From positions 37,565-101,564 of the forward strand of contig CAZWWE010000003.1 in NCBI GenBank assembly GCA_964637295.1: a DNA stretch of 64,000 nucleotides. The letters are read 5' to 3'. Every line of letters starts with the position of its first letter. Position 1 is the first letter of the stretch. The stretch comes from an uncultured Pseudomonadales bacterium. GTDB lineage: Bacteria; Patescibacteriota; Microgenomatia; UBA1400; PJMF01. The notes under the pieces were generated by a model, which saw only the letters and a program-made list of their open reading frames with translations, did no database searches and was not told where the DNA came from. Made by a program: the position numbers and the translations under genes. This document shows positions 49,422 to 59,336 of this stretch, one piece after another.

Positions 49422-50771
49422 ATGGTTTCTTGGTTCAAAAAACGCTCATTGATTCTTAGTATTATTTTCATTACTCTTTTAGCCTTCGTCTTGCGTTTCC
49501 ATAATTACGCTCTTTTTCCTGCTCACGATGCCACCGTTGATGAAAGAGCTTGGACTTGGTTGGGCGCTTCACTGCTAACTGAGGGTCAGCCAACTAGCTG
49601 GTCGCTTTTTCATAGTTATGAGGCAGACTATATTTATCAAGAGCGAGGCAACAGCGCTCCTCTAGTGCGGCCGGCACTTGATCATCCGCCCCTTTTCGCT
49701 TTAATTCCTGGGTTTTTTCATTTATTAAGTGGCCAGAATACTTACGATTTACCTTCTCAAGTAGCGATTCGTTTGCCGATGGTGTTGATTGGCACCCTCA
49801 ACGTGTTTTTATTTGTTTTACTGGCTCATCGCCTCACTGACAAAAAAACCGCGTTTTTGGTGAGCTTATTTTTTGCCAGTTCCCCACTAGTGGTAGCCAG
49901 CAGTCGCTTGGTTGTGGCAGATAATTTATTAGCAACCTTAGTGTTGCTGGTGGCTTTACTTTTTACCTTGAAAAAACAAAACTTATTTTTATTAATGTTC
50001 TTGAGTGCGGCGGCGATACTGACAAAAGTTCAGGGTGCTTTTCTTGGCGCTGGCTTGGCTTTGTATTTTTTTGCCGAAAAAAAATATCAGTCAGTAGCGA
50101 TGATTTTGGCTGCCATGTTTTTAGCAGGAGGTGTCTTTGCCTTGTACGGAGCATTTTTTAATTGGGATTTGTTTATGGCGATTTTTGCCGAACAATCTTC
50201 AAGAGCAATTGGCTTAACTACTCTTTTACATCGTTTTTTCTTCTATCCTTCTTTGGCGGCAGAAATTTGGCCAACTGCGGAAAAAAGTATTTTATTTGTT
50301 GTGACGATCGGTGTGGTGATTTATCAATCTCAAGTTAAAATTTTTCGTTTATTGGGAGCTATTTTTTTAACCTTTTTAGTTGTTGCTGTGGCGGCTTTTG
50401 ATGAAACCAATATCAACGGCTGGTATGAATACGCCCTCTTGCCAATTCTATTTATTTGCACTATCCCAGTGGTTAAATTTATTCTGGAAAATCTGCACAA
50501 GGCAGCGATTTGGCTGTTGTGGTTACTCTTTGCACTGCCTTTACTGAAAATGTGGGCTGTCAACTTGGGTCAATTGGAGCCGTTTACGCCTCTAACTCGT
50601 AAATTTTTACCTTTAGTGGGCGGCATAGTATATCTGCCATTTTCAAAGACTTGGCAAAAAGTTATTACTTGGGGATTTTTATTGGTAATTATTGGTTTGC
50701 AGTTAGTGGTTAATTGGACCTTATCAAGCCAATCATATAATCATCAGCTGTATTTGTTGGGCAGATATTAA
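49422..50771 (+). CDS. ArnT/PMT-2-like GT-C glycosyltransferase
   Basis: DE acidic motif after TM1, DHPPLFAL, RLP, SR...DN, TK; multi-TM. Confidence 0.82.
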   Translation: MVSWFKKRSLILSIIFITLLAFVLRFHNYALFPAHDATVDERAWTWLGASLLTEGQPTSWSLFHSYEADYIYQERGNSAPLVRPALDHPPLFALIPGFFHLLSGQNTYDLPSQVAIRLPMVLIGTLNVFLFVLLAHRLTDKKTAFLVSLFFASSPLVVASSRLVVADNLLATLVLLVALLFTLKKQNLFLLMFLSAAAILTKVQGAFLGAGLALYFFAEKKYQSVAMILAAMFLAGGVFALYGAFFNWDLFMAIFAEQSSRAIGLTTLLHRFFFYPSLAAEIWPTAEKSILFVVTIGVVIYQSQVKIFRLLGAIFLTFLVVAVAAFDETNINGWYEYALLPILFICTIPVVKFILENLHKAAIWLLWLLFALPLLKMWAVNLGQLEPFTPLTRKFLPLVGGIVYLPFSKTWQKVITWGFLLVIIGLQLVVNWTLSSQSYNHQLYLLGRY

Positions 50772-50772
50772 T

Positions 50773-52017
50773 TTATTGGCCAAACATGGTTTCACTTTTG
50801 ACTGCTTTTTTAATGACTGAACCAGGTAGAGCACGAGCTTCTGCACCGATGGTGATACCTGGCAAAATTGAGCAATTAATGCCCAAAAAAACTCCTTTAG
50901 CCATGATCGCTCCCAGTTTATTTTTATCAGTTTGAATCAGTAAATCTTCACCATTTTCTTGAGCGAGTCGCAGTTTAACTTTGTCCTGATCAAAGCGTAA
51001 ATTTGCAGTGCAAGTGCCGTAACTAGGATTAACAAAAGCTTCTAGCACGCTATCGCCGATGAAATTGTGGTGTAGATTGCAATTTGGACCAATATAACTG
51101 CGCGCCACTTCGGAACCAAAACCAATAATACTATTGGCTTCAATGATTGAATTTCTAATTAAACAATGATTGCCAATAATGGTATTGGCGCCGATGTAAG
51201 CCGGTCCCTTAATCACTGCTCCAGCCTCAATTTTCACATTAGCCTCAATTTGTACTGGTCCTTCAATTTTGGCAGTTTTGTCTATTTTTGCTGATTTATC
51301 AATCTTATTATTCATTTTATGTTGCAGAAATAATTGAGTCATATCTAAAACATGGTGCGCTTGCTTGAGTTTTTGCCAATAACCCTCATAAACCATAAAA
51401 GTCACATTTTGACTGTGCAGCAATTCGTCCAAAGCTTTTTCATAAGCATCGTCGCCAGCAGTATATTTAGTTAATAAAGCAAAAAGCTCTTGAGGCTTAG
51501 CAAAATAATGAAAAAAAAGATTGGCGATGTCACTGGGTTCTTTTCCTACTGCCGGTTTTTCCACAATACTTAAAACTCGCTCTCCGTCCACTTGCAAGTA
51601 ACCACCCAAAAAATGTTTCTTAACTCTCATGCCCAAAATTTGAGCATAAGTTGTTGAAGCTTGTTTCATAAATTTTTGTAGAAATTTTGGCTCGATTAGA
51701 TCAACAGCATTGAGAATGATCACCGGTTGATCATCAGCAACTAGATGACTGACCAAAGTTAAGGCATCTGCTTGGCCCGCAGCGGTATTTTGCAGCACAG
51801 TGATAATTTGTAATTTTGTCGATAAATTAGCAATCACTGATTGATTTTCTTGATTGCAAACGACCAGTGCTTCAGTTCCTCCAGCGGCTTGAATCATTGC
51901 CAAAGTGTGTTCAATTAGTGGTTTACCAAAAAAAGGAAAAAGGCTTTTATTAGTGACTAAAGGAGCAAAATTTTTCCCAATGCCACCAGCTAAGACTATA
52001 AATAGGGGTTTTTTCAT
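50773..52017 (-). CDS. sugar-phosphate nucleotidyltransferase with left-handed beta-helix (archaeal GlmU-like)
   Basis: LAGGIG, GKPLIEH, IVEKP, hexapeptide repeats, GTCTANLRFD, KLGAI. Confidence 0.85.
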   Translation of the reverse strand: MKKPLFIVLAGGIGKNFAPLVTNKSLFPFFGKPLIEHTLAMIQAAGGTEALVVCNQENQSVIANLSTKLQIITVLQNTAAGQADALTLVSHLVADDQPVIILNAVDLIEPKFLQKFMKQASTTYAQILGMRVKKHFLGGYLQVDGERVLSIVEKPAVGKEPSDIANLFFHYFAKPQELFALLTKYTAGDDAYEKALDELLHSQNVTFMVYEGYWQKLKQAHHVLDMTQLFLQHKMNNKIDKSAKIDKTAKIEGPVQIEANVKIEAGAVIKGPAYIGANTIIGNHCLIRNSIIEANSIIGFGSEVARSYIGPNCNLHHNFIGDSVLEAFVNPSYGTCTANLRFDQDKVKLRLAQENGEDLLIQTDKNKLGAIMAKGVFLGINCSILPGITIGAEARALPGSVIKKAVKSETMFGQ

Positions 52018-52061
52018 AATTTAATCATATTTGGCCTATCAGTTTTGCGCTGCATCGGTAT

Positions 52062-52697
52062 TTAGCCAAGGTGCGATGAATCATTAAGACAAATAATTTT
52101 CCAAGCTCCAATTCTTTCGTCGTACCTTGCTCGACTAAGTCCAGTATTATCAAGATTAAAATTATTATACATAGCGCACCAATGTTCTAAATTACCAGTT
52201 GGATCAAGAATTTGTGTAATAAGCATTTTTAGGGTCAAGGCATGACTAACGATGATGAGCTTTCTTTCAGGTCTTTGACCAAGCTTTTGTAAAACCCGCT
52301 GAATTCTTTGTGTAAATTGCCAAGCGCTTTCTTCATCAGCATGTTGCCACTGACCATTTTGCTCCAGTGCGTGAGCATTGATTTTTGCTTTGATTTCTAG
52401 AGACAAGGGGCTGTGATGAGACTGACCAATTAATTGACTGGCAACTTTTTTTTCGCTTAATAATTTATCAAATTCAATGGGAAAATGATTTTGATCGGCA
52501 ATTGCTCGAGCAGTTTGTATGGTTCTCAGGTAAGGACTGGCAATAATTGAAAAAGGGCCTGGAATTCTAGAGAAACGTTGTGCCAATGTTTGGGCTTGTA
52601 ACAAACCAGCTTCAGTCAGTGGGGTGTCTGGTGATTGATGTACTTCGCGAACATTGCCTTCACTTTCTCCGTGTCGCACCAAATAAATTTCTTTCAT
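52062..52697 (-). CDS. histidine phosphatase (phosphoglycerate mutase family)
   Basis: RHGES, SPYLRTIQTA, VSH, LND.SHL. Confidence 0.9.
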   Translation of the reverse strand: MKEIYLVRHGESEGNVREVHQSPDTPLTEAGLLQAQTLAQRFSRIPGPFSIIASPYLRTIQTARAIADQNHFPIEFDKLLSEKKVASQLIGQSHHSPLSLEIKAKINAHALEQNGQWQHADEESAWQFTQRIQRVLQKLGQRPERKLIIVSHALTLKMLITQILDPTGNLEHWCAMYNNFNLDNTGLSRARYDERIGAWKIICLNDSSHLG

Positions 52698-52779
52698 CTT
52701 TTAATCGCCTTGCTTAAGTGCTTGATTTAAGAGATAATAATTCCTCAACATGATTATAAAGCAAATTTAAGGAAAATTT

Positions 52780-54183
52780 ATGTCAAAACTCACTAAAATT
52801 ATTGCTACTCTGGGTCCTGCCACCGAAACAGCAGAAACCATGGAAGCTTTAATCAAAGCTGGAATGAATGTAGCACGTTTCAATACCAAACATGGTACGC
52901 CAGAATGGCATTTAGAACGTATTCATCGCGTCAAAAAAGTAGCTAAAAAACTCAATCAAGCGATAGGTGTTTTACTTGATTTGCAAGGACCAGAAATTCG
53001 TATTAATACCAAAGATGGGGCTAGTTTTGAAGTCAAAGAAAACGAATTGATTAAATTTACTAGCCAGCCACCAGCTGCCAAAGAAATGAACATTCCCAGC
53101 AACGTGATTGAGGCCATTCAAATTGGTGATTTGGTTTCGATTGATGATGGTATTTGTGAGTTTGAAGTTGTGGAAAAAGACCAGACAACTTTGACGGTCA
53201 AAGTTTTGGGCGATTACACGATTAAACATCGCAAAACCATGAATACACCTGGCATTGTGATTGAGATGCCCTCTTTAATTGAAAATGATTTGGTGCAATT
53301 AGACAACATGACAGACGCAGACATTGATTTTGTTGGTTTGTCTTTTGTGCGCGATGCCAAAGATATCGCTATTTTGCGCGATGAGCTTAAAAAAAGAAAC
53401 TTACATGCGCAGATTGTCGCTAAAATTGAAAATCAAGCCGCAATTGATAATTTAGACGAAATTATTGAAGCTGCTGACGCGGTCATGGTGGCGCGCGGTG
53501 ACTTGGCAGTTGAGGTGCCTTTTGAAAGATTGACTTATTACCAAAAAATGATCATCGAAAAATGTCGCATCGCTGGTAAACCAGTGATTACCGCCACTCA
53601 AATGCTCGAAAGCATGACTTTTAATCCACGCCCGACTCGAGCTGAAGTCAGTGATGTGGCCAACGCCATTTATGATGGCACTGATGCGGTTATGCTATCT
53701 GGCGAAACTACTTTGGGTAAGTATCCAGTTAAATGTGTAGCCACGCAAGCTAAAATTGCAGCTTACAATGAACCTTTCACCGAAAATTATTTGTGGGATT
53801 GGGCCGATCAAGGTGATGTCTCCGCGATTACTTACGCTGCTTTTTCTCTTTTGGACTCCAGCAAAGCTGAAGTTGATTTAGTCATCTGCTTGACTGCGAG
53901 TGGCAAAACTGCCCGCCAGCTCTCTCGTTTTAGGCCTGACGTTAAAATAAAAGCCGTGACCTGTGATCAATCGGTTTATAACAAATTAGCCTTAGTTTAT
54001 GGGGTTGAACCAGTTTTAGCTGATGATGAAAGTTTCAAGTATTCTGGCGAGATGGATCTAGTAGCTAATTTGAAAATGAATAAGATCGTGCAAGCTGGTC
54101 AGAAAGTTTTGATTATCGCTGGTTTAAGCGAGCAAGTGCAGGGTCGAGAGACAGATAGTTTGCTGTTAGTGGATATTAAATAG
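52780..54183 (+). CDS. pyk: pyruvate kinase
   Basis: TKIIATLGPA, DLQGPEIR, AKIEN, MVARGDL, TQMLESM, MLSGET. Confidence 0.98.
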   Translation: MSKLTKIIATLGPATETAETMEALIKAGMNVARFNTKHGTPEWHLERIHRVKKVAKKLNQAIGVLLDLQGPEIRINTKDGASFEVKENELIKFTSQPPAAKEMNIPSNVIEAIQIGDLVSIDDGICEFEVVEKDQTTLTVKVLGDYTIKHRKTMNTPGIVIEMPSLIENDLVQLDNMTDADIDFVGLSFVRDAKDIAILRDELKKRNLHAQIVAKIENQAAIDNLDEIIEAADAVMVARGDLAVEVPFERLTYYQKMIIEKCRIAGKPVITATQMLESMTFNPRPTRAEVSDVANAIYDGTDAVMLSGETTLGKYPVKCVATQAKIAAYNEPFTENYLWDWADQGDVSAITYAAFSLLDSSKAEVDLVICLTASGKTARQLSRFRPDVKIKAVTCDQSVYNKLALVYGVEPVLADDESFKYSGEMDLVANLKMNKIVQAGQKVLIIAGLSEQVQGRETDSLLLVDIK

Positions 54184-54228
54184 ACTTTGACTAGCTTTAA
54201 GTTGTAATTTTTGCTATGCTTTAAGCAT

Positions 54229-54495
54229 ATGTCAAATAAAAAAACTGGGGTTTTTCCGATGTTGGTAGGTGCGGTGGCTGGCGCAGCGGCAGTCTTTTTT
54301 GCAGATAAAAAAAATCGCGATAAAGCCAGCAGGGTTGTAACCAAAAGCAAGGCTTCACTCAAGAAAATTTCCACCGAAGCCAAAAAAAATCCAGAAGCTT
54401 TTGCCAAAAAAGTACTCAGTCAGGCTTCGACTACGGTTCAAAAAATCAGCCGTCAAGCCGCCGGTGCTGCTAAGCAAAAAAGCACTAAACGATAA
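54229..54495 (+). CDS. small YtxH-like protein
   Basis: GAVAGAAAVFFADKK.R followed by a Lys/Ala-rich helix; TGCTATGCT 8 nt upstream of the ATG. Confidence 0.7.
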   Translation: MSNKKTGVFPMLVGAVAGAAAVFFADKKNRDKASRVVTKSKASLKKISTEAKKNPEAFAKKVLSQASTTVQKISRQAAGAAKQKSTKR

Positions 54496-54954
54496 TTAAT
54501 CAAGCAAATTGATCAATTTTTCAGCCCAACTTTGCAGTTGAGCTTGATTTTCTTCTGTTTCTGGAAAACCATCGAGGTGTAAAGTTTCGATAATTTTTGT
54601 GGCCATCATCTCAGTCACAAAAACTTGTTCAATAATTTTAGTCGCTCCGCAGAAATGTACATAATTGCTGTCGCCGCAACCCAAAATGGCTACTTTTTTA
54701 CCATTTAGCTTAATTTGGCTTGGCTTAATTCTATCTATAAAATCGGCAAAATCTGCTTGTGGTAAACCATCATCCCAAGTCGAACAGGCAAAAATATAAG
54801 TAGTGTAATTACCCTGTAAATCAGCTAAATCAGCATCGAGGGCATTTTTAACTTCAATGCTTTTGCCCTTATTTTGCGCTAGCGCTTGTAATTTATAAGC
54901 AACGCCCTCTGTGTTGCCAGTTAAACTGCCATAAATCAATAAAGTATTTGCCAT
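54496..54954 (-). CDS. short-chain flavodoxin
   Basis: YGSLTGNTE, STWDDG, GCGDSNY..FC. Confidence 0.93.
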   Translation of the reverse strand: MANTLLIYGSLTGNTEGVAYKLQALAQNKGKSIEVKNALDADLADLQGNYTTYIFACSTWDDGLPQADFADFIDRIKPSQIKLNGKKVAILGCGDSNYVHFCGATKIIEQVFVTEMMATKIIETLHLDGFPETEENQAQLQSWAEKLINLLD

Positions 54955-55032
54955 AATCATTAAATTGTAGCATGCTTCGCCAAAACCAAGTTAATTTGAC
55001 CATTGCTTCGACTTCTCCTACAATTGACGATT

Positions 55033-56802
55033 ATGGACTTGGAAAGCATTAACTGGAAAATTGTCGGCAAAGCTGGTGAAGGAGTGATGCTTAGTGCGAA
55101 ACTTTTTGCCAAAGCTTGTAAGCGACAAGGCTTAGCAGTTTTTAATTATTACGAATACCCTTCTCTGATCAAAGGTGGCTCACAAAGTGGCCAAGTTTAC
55201 GCTGCCCTACAAGGAGCCAGCAGTCAGCGTCGTCGTTTGGATTTATTAATTCTTTTTCATGAAAAATTTCTTGTCGAACATTTGACTGAAATAGACGAAA
55301 ATTCTTTAGTCATCATCAATGCCAATACTTTTGATGCGAGTCGGTTGCCTCAACTCAAAACTCGTGTTTACGCCCTCAATTTAACTAAAATTGCCAGAGA
55401 TCAAGGCGCTCATCCCCTGTCGGCTAACATCGCTGCCTTAGGAATGAGCGTGGCTTTATTAAATATGGATTTGCAAAGCATGAGTAAAATTGTAGTCGAA
55501 GAATTTGCTAAAAATAAAAATTTAGCTTTGCAAAATTTGACTGTTTTGCAAGCAACTTACAAACTAACTCAACAATTATTTCAACAAGGCAATTTAGCCG
55601 CTCTTGGACAATTGGTAAACACCGGCCTGGATGAGCAAATTTTATTAAGTGGCAATGAGGCGCTTGGGCTTGGTGCTCTAGCGGCTGGTTTGCAATTCTA
55701 CTCTGCTTATCCGATGACACCAGCAACTGGAGTTCTACATTACTTAGCGAGTTTGCAAGATCAATATCCCATCGTGGTTAAACACAGCGAAGATGAAATT
55801 GGAGCGATTAATCAGGCAATTGGCGCGAGCTTTGCTGGCGTACGTACCATGACTGGTAGCTCAGGTGGAGGTTTTGCCCTGATGGTGGAAGCTCTTTCTT
55901 TTGCAGGTGTGGCTGAGATACCACTGGTAGTGGTGGAAGCGATGAGACAGGGGCCAGCAACTGGTTTGCCCACCTGGACTTCGCAAGGAGATCTGAATTT
56001 TGTTTTAGGCGCTGGTCATGGCGAATTTTTGCGAGTGGTTTTGACTCCAGGTGATGTACGCGAGCATTTTTTGTTAGCTAAATTAGCAGTGGAATTGGCG
56101 GAAAAATATCAGCTCCCAGTTTTGATTATGTCTGACAAATATATTTTAGAATCACTGCAAAGTATACCCAAGATGACTCTGGAGTTGGAAAACACGCGTT
56201 TTTCAATGCTCAATGATGGTCAGCTTGGTGAAAATACTTTAAAAGAGGGAGAATATTTGCGTTACAAAGTTACTGAAGACGGTATCTCTCTTCGCTCAAT
56301 CCCAGGCCAAAATCATGCTTATCAATTAAGCAATTCTTATGAACACGATGAATATGGTTTTGCGACCGAAGACTCCAAAGAAACTAAAAAAGCGGTCGAG
56401 AAAAGAGCGGCTAAATTAGCTGCTTTGAAACAAGATTTACCAAAACCACTTTATTTAGGTGCTAAAAATCCACAACAAATTTTCATTTCTTTTGGCTCCA
56501 CCATCAATGTGCTAAAAGATGTTTTACTTGATGAGGCAGCTAAAAACATTGCCGTGATTCACTTGCCTTGCATTTATCCGTTTCCAAGCGAAGAATTAGA
56601 GGCTTTACTGGCAGGAAAAAATGCAGAAGCTTTTGTAGTCGAAGGTAATGCGACTGCTCAGTTAGCGGCTTTAATAAGAAGAGAAACTAAGTTACAAAAT
56701 CTTCGTTCAATTTTACGTTACGATGGCCGACCTTTTTACAGCGAAGATCTGATAGATTTTTTAAAAACTCAAAAATTAGATCAACAATATAAGTTAATAT
56801 GA
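55033..56802 (+). CDS. 2-oxoacid:acceptor oxidoreductase alpha subunit (gamma-alpha fusion)
   Basis: GKAGEGV, IKGG, SGNEA, YPMTPA, EDEI, SGGGFALM, RQGPATGLPT. Confidence 0.93.
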   Translation: MDLESINWKIVGKAGEGVMLSAKLFAKACKRQGLAVFNYYEYPSLIKGGSQSGQVYAALQGASSQRRRLDLLILFHEKFLVEHLTEIDENSLVIINANTFDASRLPQLKTRVYALNLTKIARDQGAHPLSANIAALGMSVALLNMDLQSMSKIVVEEFAKNKNLALQNLTVLQATYKLTQQLFQQGNLAALGQLVNTGLDEQILLSGNEALGLGALAAGLQFYSAYPMTPATGVLHYLASLQDQYPIVVKHSEDEIGAINQAIGASFAGVRTMTGSSGGGFALMVEALSFAGVAEIPLVVVEAMRQGPATGLPTWTSQGDLNFVLGAGHGEFLRVVLTPGDVREHFLLAKLAVELAEKYQLPVLIMSDKYILESLQSIPKMTLELENTRFSMLNDGQLGENTLKEGEYLRYKVTEDGISLRSIPGQNHAYQLSNSYEHDEYGFATEDSKETKKAVEKRAAKLAALKQDLPKPLYLGAKNPQQIFISFGSTINVLKDVLLDEAAKNIAVIHLPCIYPFPSEELEALLAGKNAEAFVVEGNATAQLAALIRRETKLQNLRSILRYDGRPFYSEDLIDFLKTQKLDQQYKLI

Positions 56803-57659
56803 ACAAAATGAGTTTAGAAAAATTAATGTCGCCAGTGCAACCCACTTGGTGTCCTGGTTGTGGCAATTTTAGCATTTTAACGGCTCTAAAACAGGCTTTA
56901 GTTGACTTAGACTTATCGATGGAGGAAGTCACGCTAGTATTTGGTATTGGCTGTAGTGGTAACAGCGCGGACTTCATCAAGTGTTATGGCTTGCATGCTT
57001 TGCATGGGCGTGGTTTAGCCAATGCCATTGGCATTAAATTGGCCAATCACCGCCAAAAAGTGATTATGATTGGTGGTGATGGCGATATTTATGGTGAAGG
57101 TCTCAATCATTTGGTGGCGGCTTGTCGCGGCAATCATGACATCACTACCCTAGTGTTTAATAACCACCGTTACAGTTTAACCACTGGTCAAAGTTCACCG
57201 ACCTCTGCGAAAGGAACGATCAGTAAATCGACTCCACAAGGCTTGATCGAAGATCCGATTGCTGCTCTGAGTACAGCGATTAGCAATGGTGCTGGTTTTG
57301 TCGCCAGAGCTTATGCAGGTAAACTTAAACAAATGGTGGAATTAATTAAAGCGGGGATTTTATACGAAGGTTTTTCGCTGATTGATATTTTACAGCCTTG
57401 CCCAAGTTTTAATAAAGAACAAGATTACGCTTGGTATCAAAACAATGTTTTTGACTTAGACGAAAAATATGATCCAAGTAATCAGGCCAAGGCTATTGTT
57501 GAGTTATTAAATCAAGAAAAGTTAAGCTTGGGTGTTTTATATCGCAACGACCAGCGGCCTGCTTATCACAGAGCAGTGCCTCAATTAAAAGACAAGACTT
57601 TGATTGAACAATTTCCCAAAGAAATTAATTTGAGTCAAGCTATTGCTGAGTTTATCTAA
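56799..57659 (+). CDS. 2-oxoacid:acceptor oxidoreductase beta subunit
   Basis: WCPGCG, GIGCSG, LHGR, GGDGD...NN TPP motif, TTGQSSPT, QPCP. Confidence 0.95.
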   Translation: MNKMSLEKLMSPVQPTWCPGCGNFSILTALKQALVDLDLSMEEVTLVFGIGCSGNSADFIKCYGLHALHGRGLANAIGIKLANHRQKVIMIGGDGDIYGEGLNHLVAACRGNHDITTLVFNNHRYSLTTGQSSPTSAKGTISKSTPQGLIEDPIAALSTAISNGAGFVARAYAGKLKQMVELIKAGILYEGFSLIDILQPCPSFNKEQDYAWYQNNVFDLDEKYDPSNQAKAIVELLNQEKLSLGVLYRNDQRPAYHRAVPQLKDKTLIEQFPKEINLSQAIAEFI

Positions 57660-57673
57660 CGTTTACCTAGTGT

Positions 57674-58360
57674 TTAATTTTCGCTAATGGTGATGGAGCT
57701 AATCGTCACCGGTTCGACTGGTTTAGATAATTCACCACTAAAACTATTGGTAACGGCAGCGGTGGCAATTTTGTCTACAGTTTCTAGTCCACTGACGACT
57801 TGACCAAAAATGACGTAGTTTGGTTGTAATCCATAATCTTGATGCATGATGAAAAATTGGCTACCGTTGGTGTTTGGCCCAGAGTTGGCCATAGCCACAG
57901 TGCCACGCTTATATTCACCGGTAAATTTTTCGTCAGCAAATTGATAGCCTGGTCCGCCAGTGCCATCGCCCCGAGGGTCGCCACCTTGAATCATGAAGCC
58001 ATCAATGACGCGATGAAAAATAGTGTTGTCATAAAATTTGTTTTGGGCTAAATAGAGAAAATTATTAGCAGTAATGGGAGTTTCCTTAGTATTGAGACTG
58101 ATCGTGATATCTCCAGCACTTGTATGGAGAGTGGCTTGATATTGTTTAGTTTGATCGATGATCATTTCTGGCTGATTCATTTTTTTATTGGCTGACAGAC
58201 TAGCTGGCATGCTCTCTTCTTTCTCTTGGTAATTAATATTGAGTTGGCCATCGGTTTGTTTGTCGATTTTTTTGTTCATTTTTTTAATGCTCAGAGTGCC
58301 GACGAAGAACAAAAAAATGAGCAATACGGTAATTAGTAAGTAATCTTTTTTCATAAGCAA
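57674..58360 (-). CDS. membrane-anchored cyclophilin-type peptidyl-prolyl isomerase
   Basis: FHRVIDGFMIQGGDP, AMANSGPNTNGSQFFI; N-terminal TM. Confidence 0.95.
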   Translation of the reverse strand: MLMKKDYLLITVLLIFLFFVGTLSIKKMNKKIDKQTDGQLNINYQEKEESMPASLSANKKMNQPEMIIDQTKQYQATLHTSAGDITISLNTKETPITANNFLYLAQNKFYDNTIFHRVIDGFMIQGGDPRGDGTGGPGYQFADEKFTGEYKRGTVAMANSGPNTNGSQFFIMHQDYGLQPNYVIFGQVVSGLETVDKIATAAVTNSFSGELSKPVEPVTISSITISEN

Positions 58361-58417
58361 GACGCCTAGTATATACTAAGCTTTTTTGAAAAAGCAAGAC
58401 AAATAGCCAATCTTATT

Positions 58418-59266
58418 TCAAGCTTGTAGTTTAAGATTTCTTTTGGCCAAAAATCTGGCTATCATTGGAGCTGCTTTTTCTCGCAAAACGTTTTTAGTGT
58501 TCAGTAGAACTCCGTCCATGTCGACAATCAAGTAAATTTTTTGTTCTTGGCTTAAATTTTGTAAAAAGTTTAAGCAAGCTAAACAATTTTTAGCAGGATC
58601 ATTTAAATCGATTAAAAAAGTCTGCACTGTTAAATTTTTTTGTTCAGCTATCCATGTTTTTAATTGTGGATCGAGTTGTAAGTTTTTGTTTTTATCGTCG
58701 ATGATGACAATTGTAATTTTTTCTGACTGCGCTTGTTCATTTTCTTGCACTGCTCTACTTTGAATTCCACTAATAATTGATTGGAGCGCTTGGGTTTTTT
58801 CTCTTTCTATCAACCTTTTTTGTATAGGCATTTGCTCTAGGCCAGTTAATTGAAGTTTACGATTTTGCCAAATCAAATCTCCCTCTGACCACAAAACAAA
58901 ATTAGCATCAATCGCTAGCAATGCTTTGGCAAAGCTGGTGGCACCAGTTTTTATTAGAGCTTGTTGATTGAAGCAGCGTTCGATGATTTCTTGAATTTGT
59001 TGAGTGGTGGCCTCATCAATTGAGGGTTCAAGCAGGGCGCAGAGGCGAGCAAGGCTTTTTTTCCAAGAGAACACTTCTGTGTTTTCATCAAAAACATACC
59101 ATTGGTTTTTATCGCTGATTAATGTTTTAATTTGCTTGGTGTATCTATTAATTTCATTTAGATATCTGAAAGCTTCTGCGGGGTCGGCTGGTTTTTCTGG
59201 AGCATCTTTCAAGCTAACAGCCAGGCCAACAGGAGCTTGGTTTTGGTATTCAGATGCTTGTATCAC
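58418..59266 (-). CDS. HAD-like protein with motif I at the C-terminus (apparent circular permutation)
   Basis: Motif order is LWSEGD..WQ..K, EREK, IIDDK, then YLIVDMDGVLLNT. Confidence 0.65.
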   Translation of the reverse strand: MIQASEYQNQAPVGLAVSLKDAPEKPADPAEAFRYLNEINRYTKQIKTLISDKNQWYVFDENTEVFSWKKSLARLCALLEPSIDEATTQQIQEIIERCFNQQALIKTGATSFAKALLAIDANFVLWSEGDLIWQNRKLQLTGLEQMPIQKRLIEREKTQALQSIISGIQSRAVQENEQAQSEKITIVIIDDKNKNLQLDPQLKTWIAEQKNLTVQTFLIDLNDPAKNCLACLNFLQNLSQEQKIYLIVDMDGVLLNTKNVLREKAAPMIARFLAKRNLKLQA

Positions 59267-59336
59267 GGTTATCCTAGATTTTTTTTGTAGATGATGGTGC
59301 GCAGAAAGGCCATTAAGAAAAAATCTGCATAGATAT

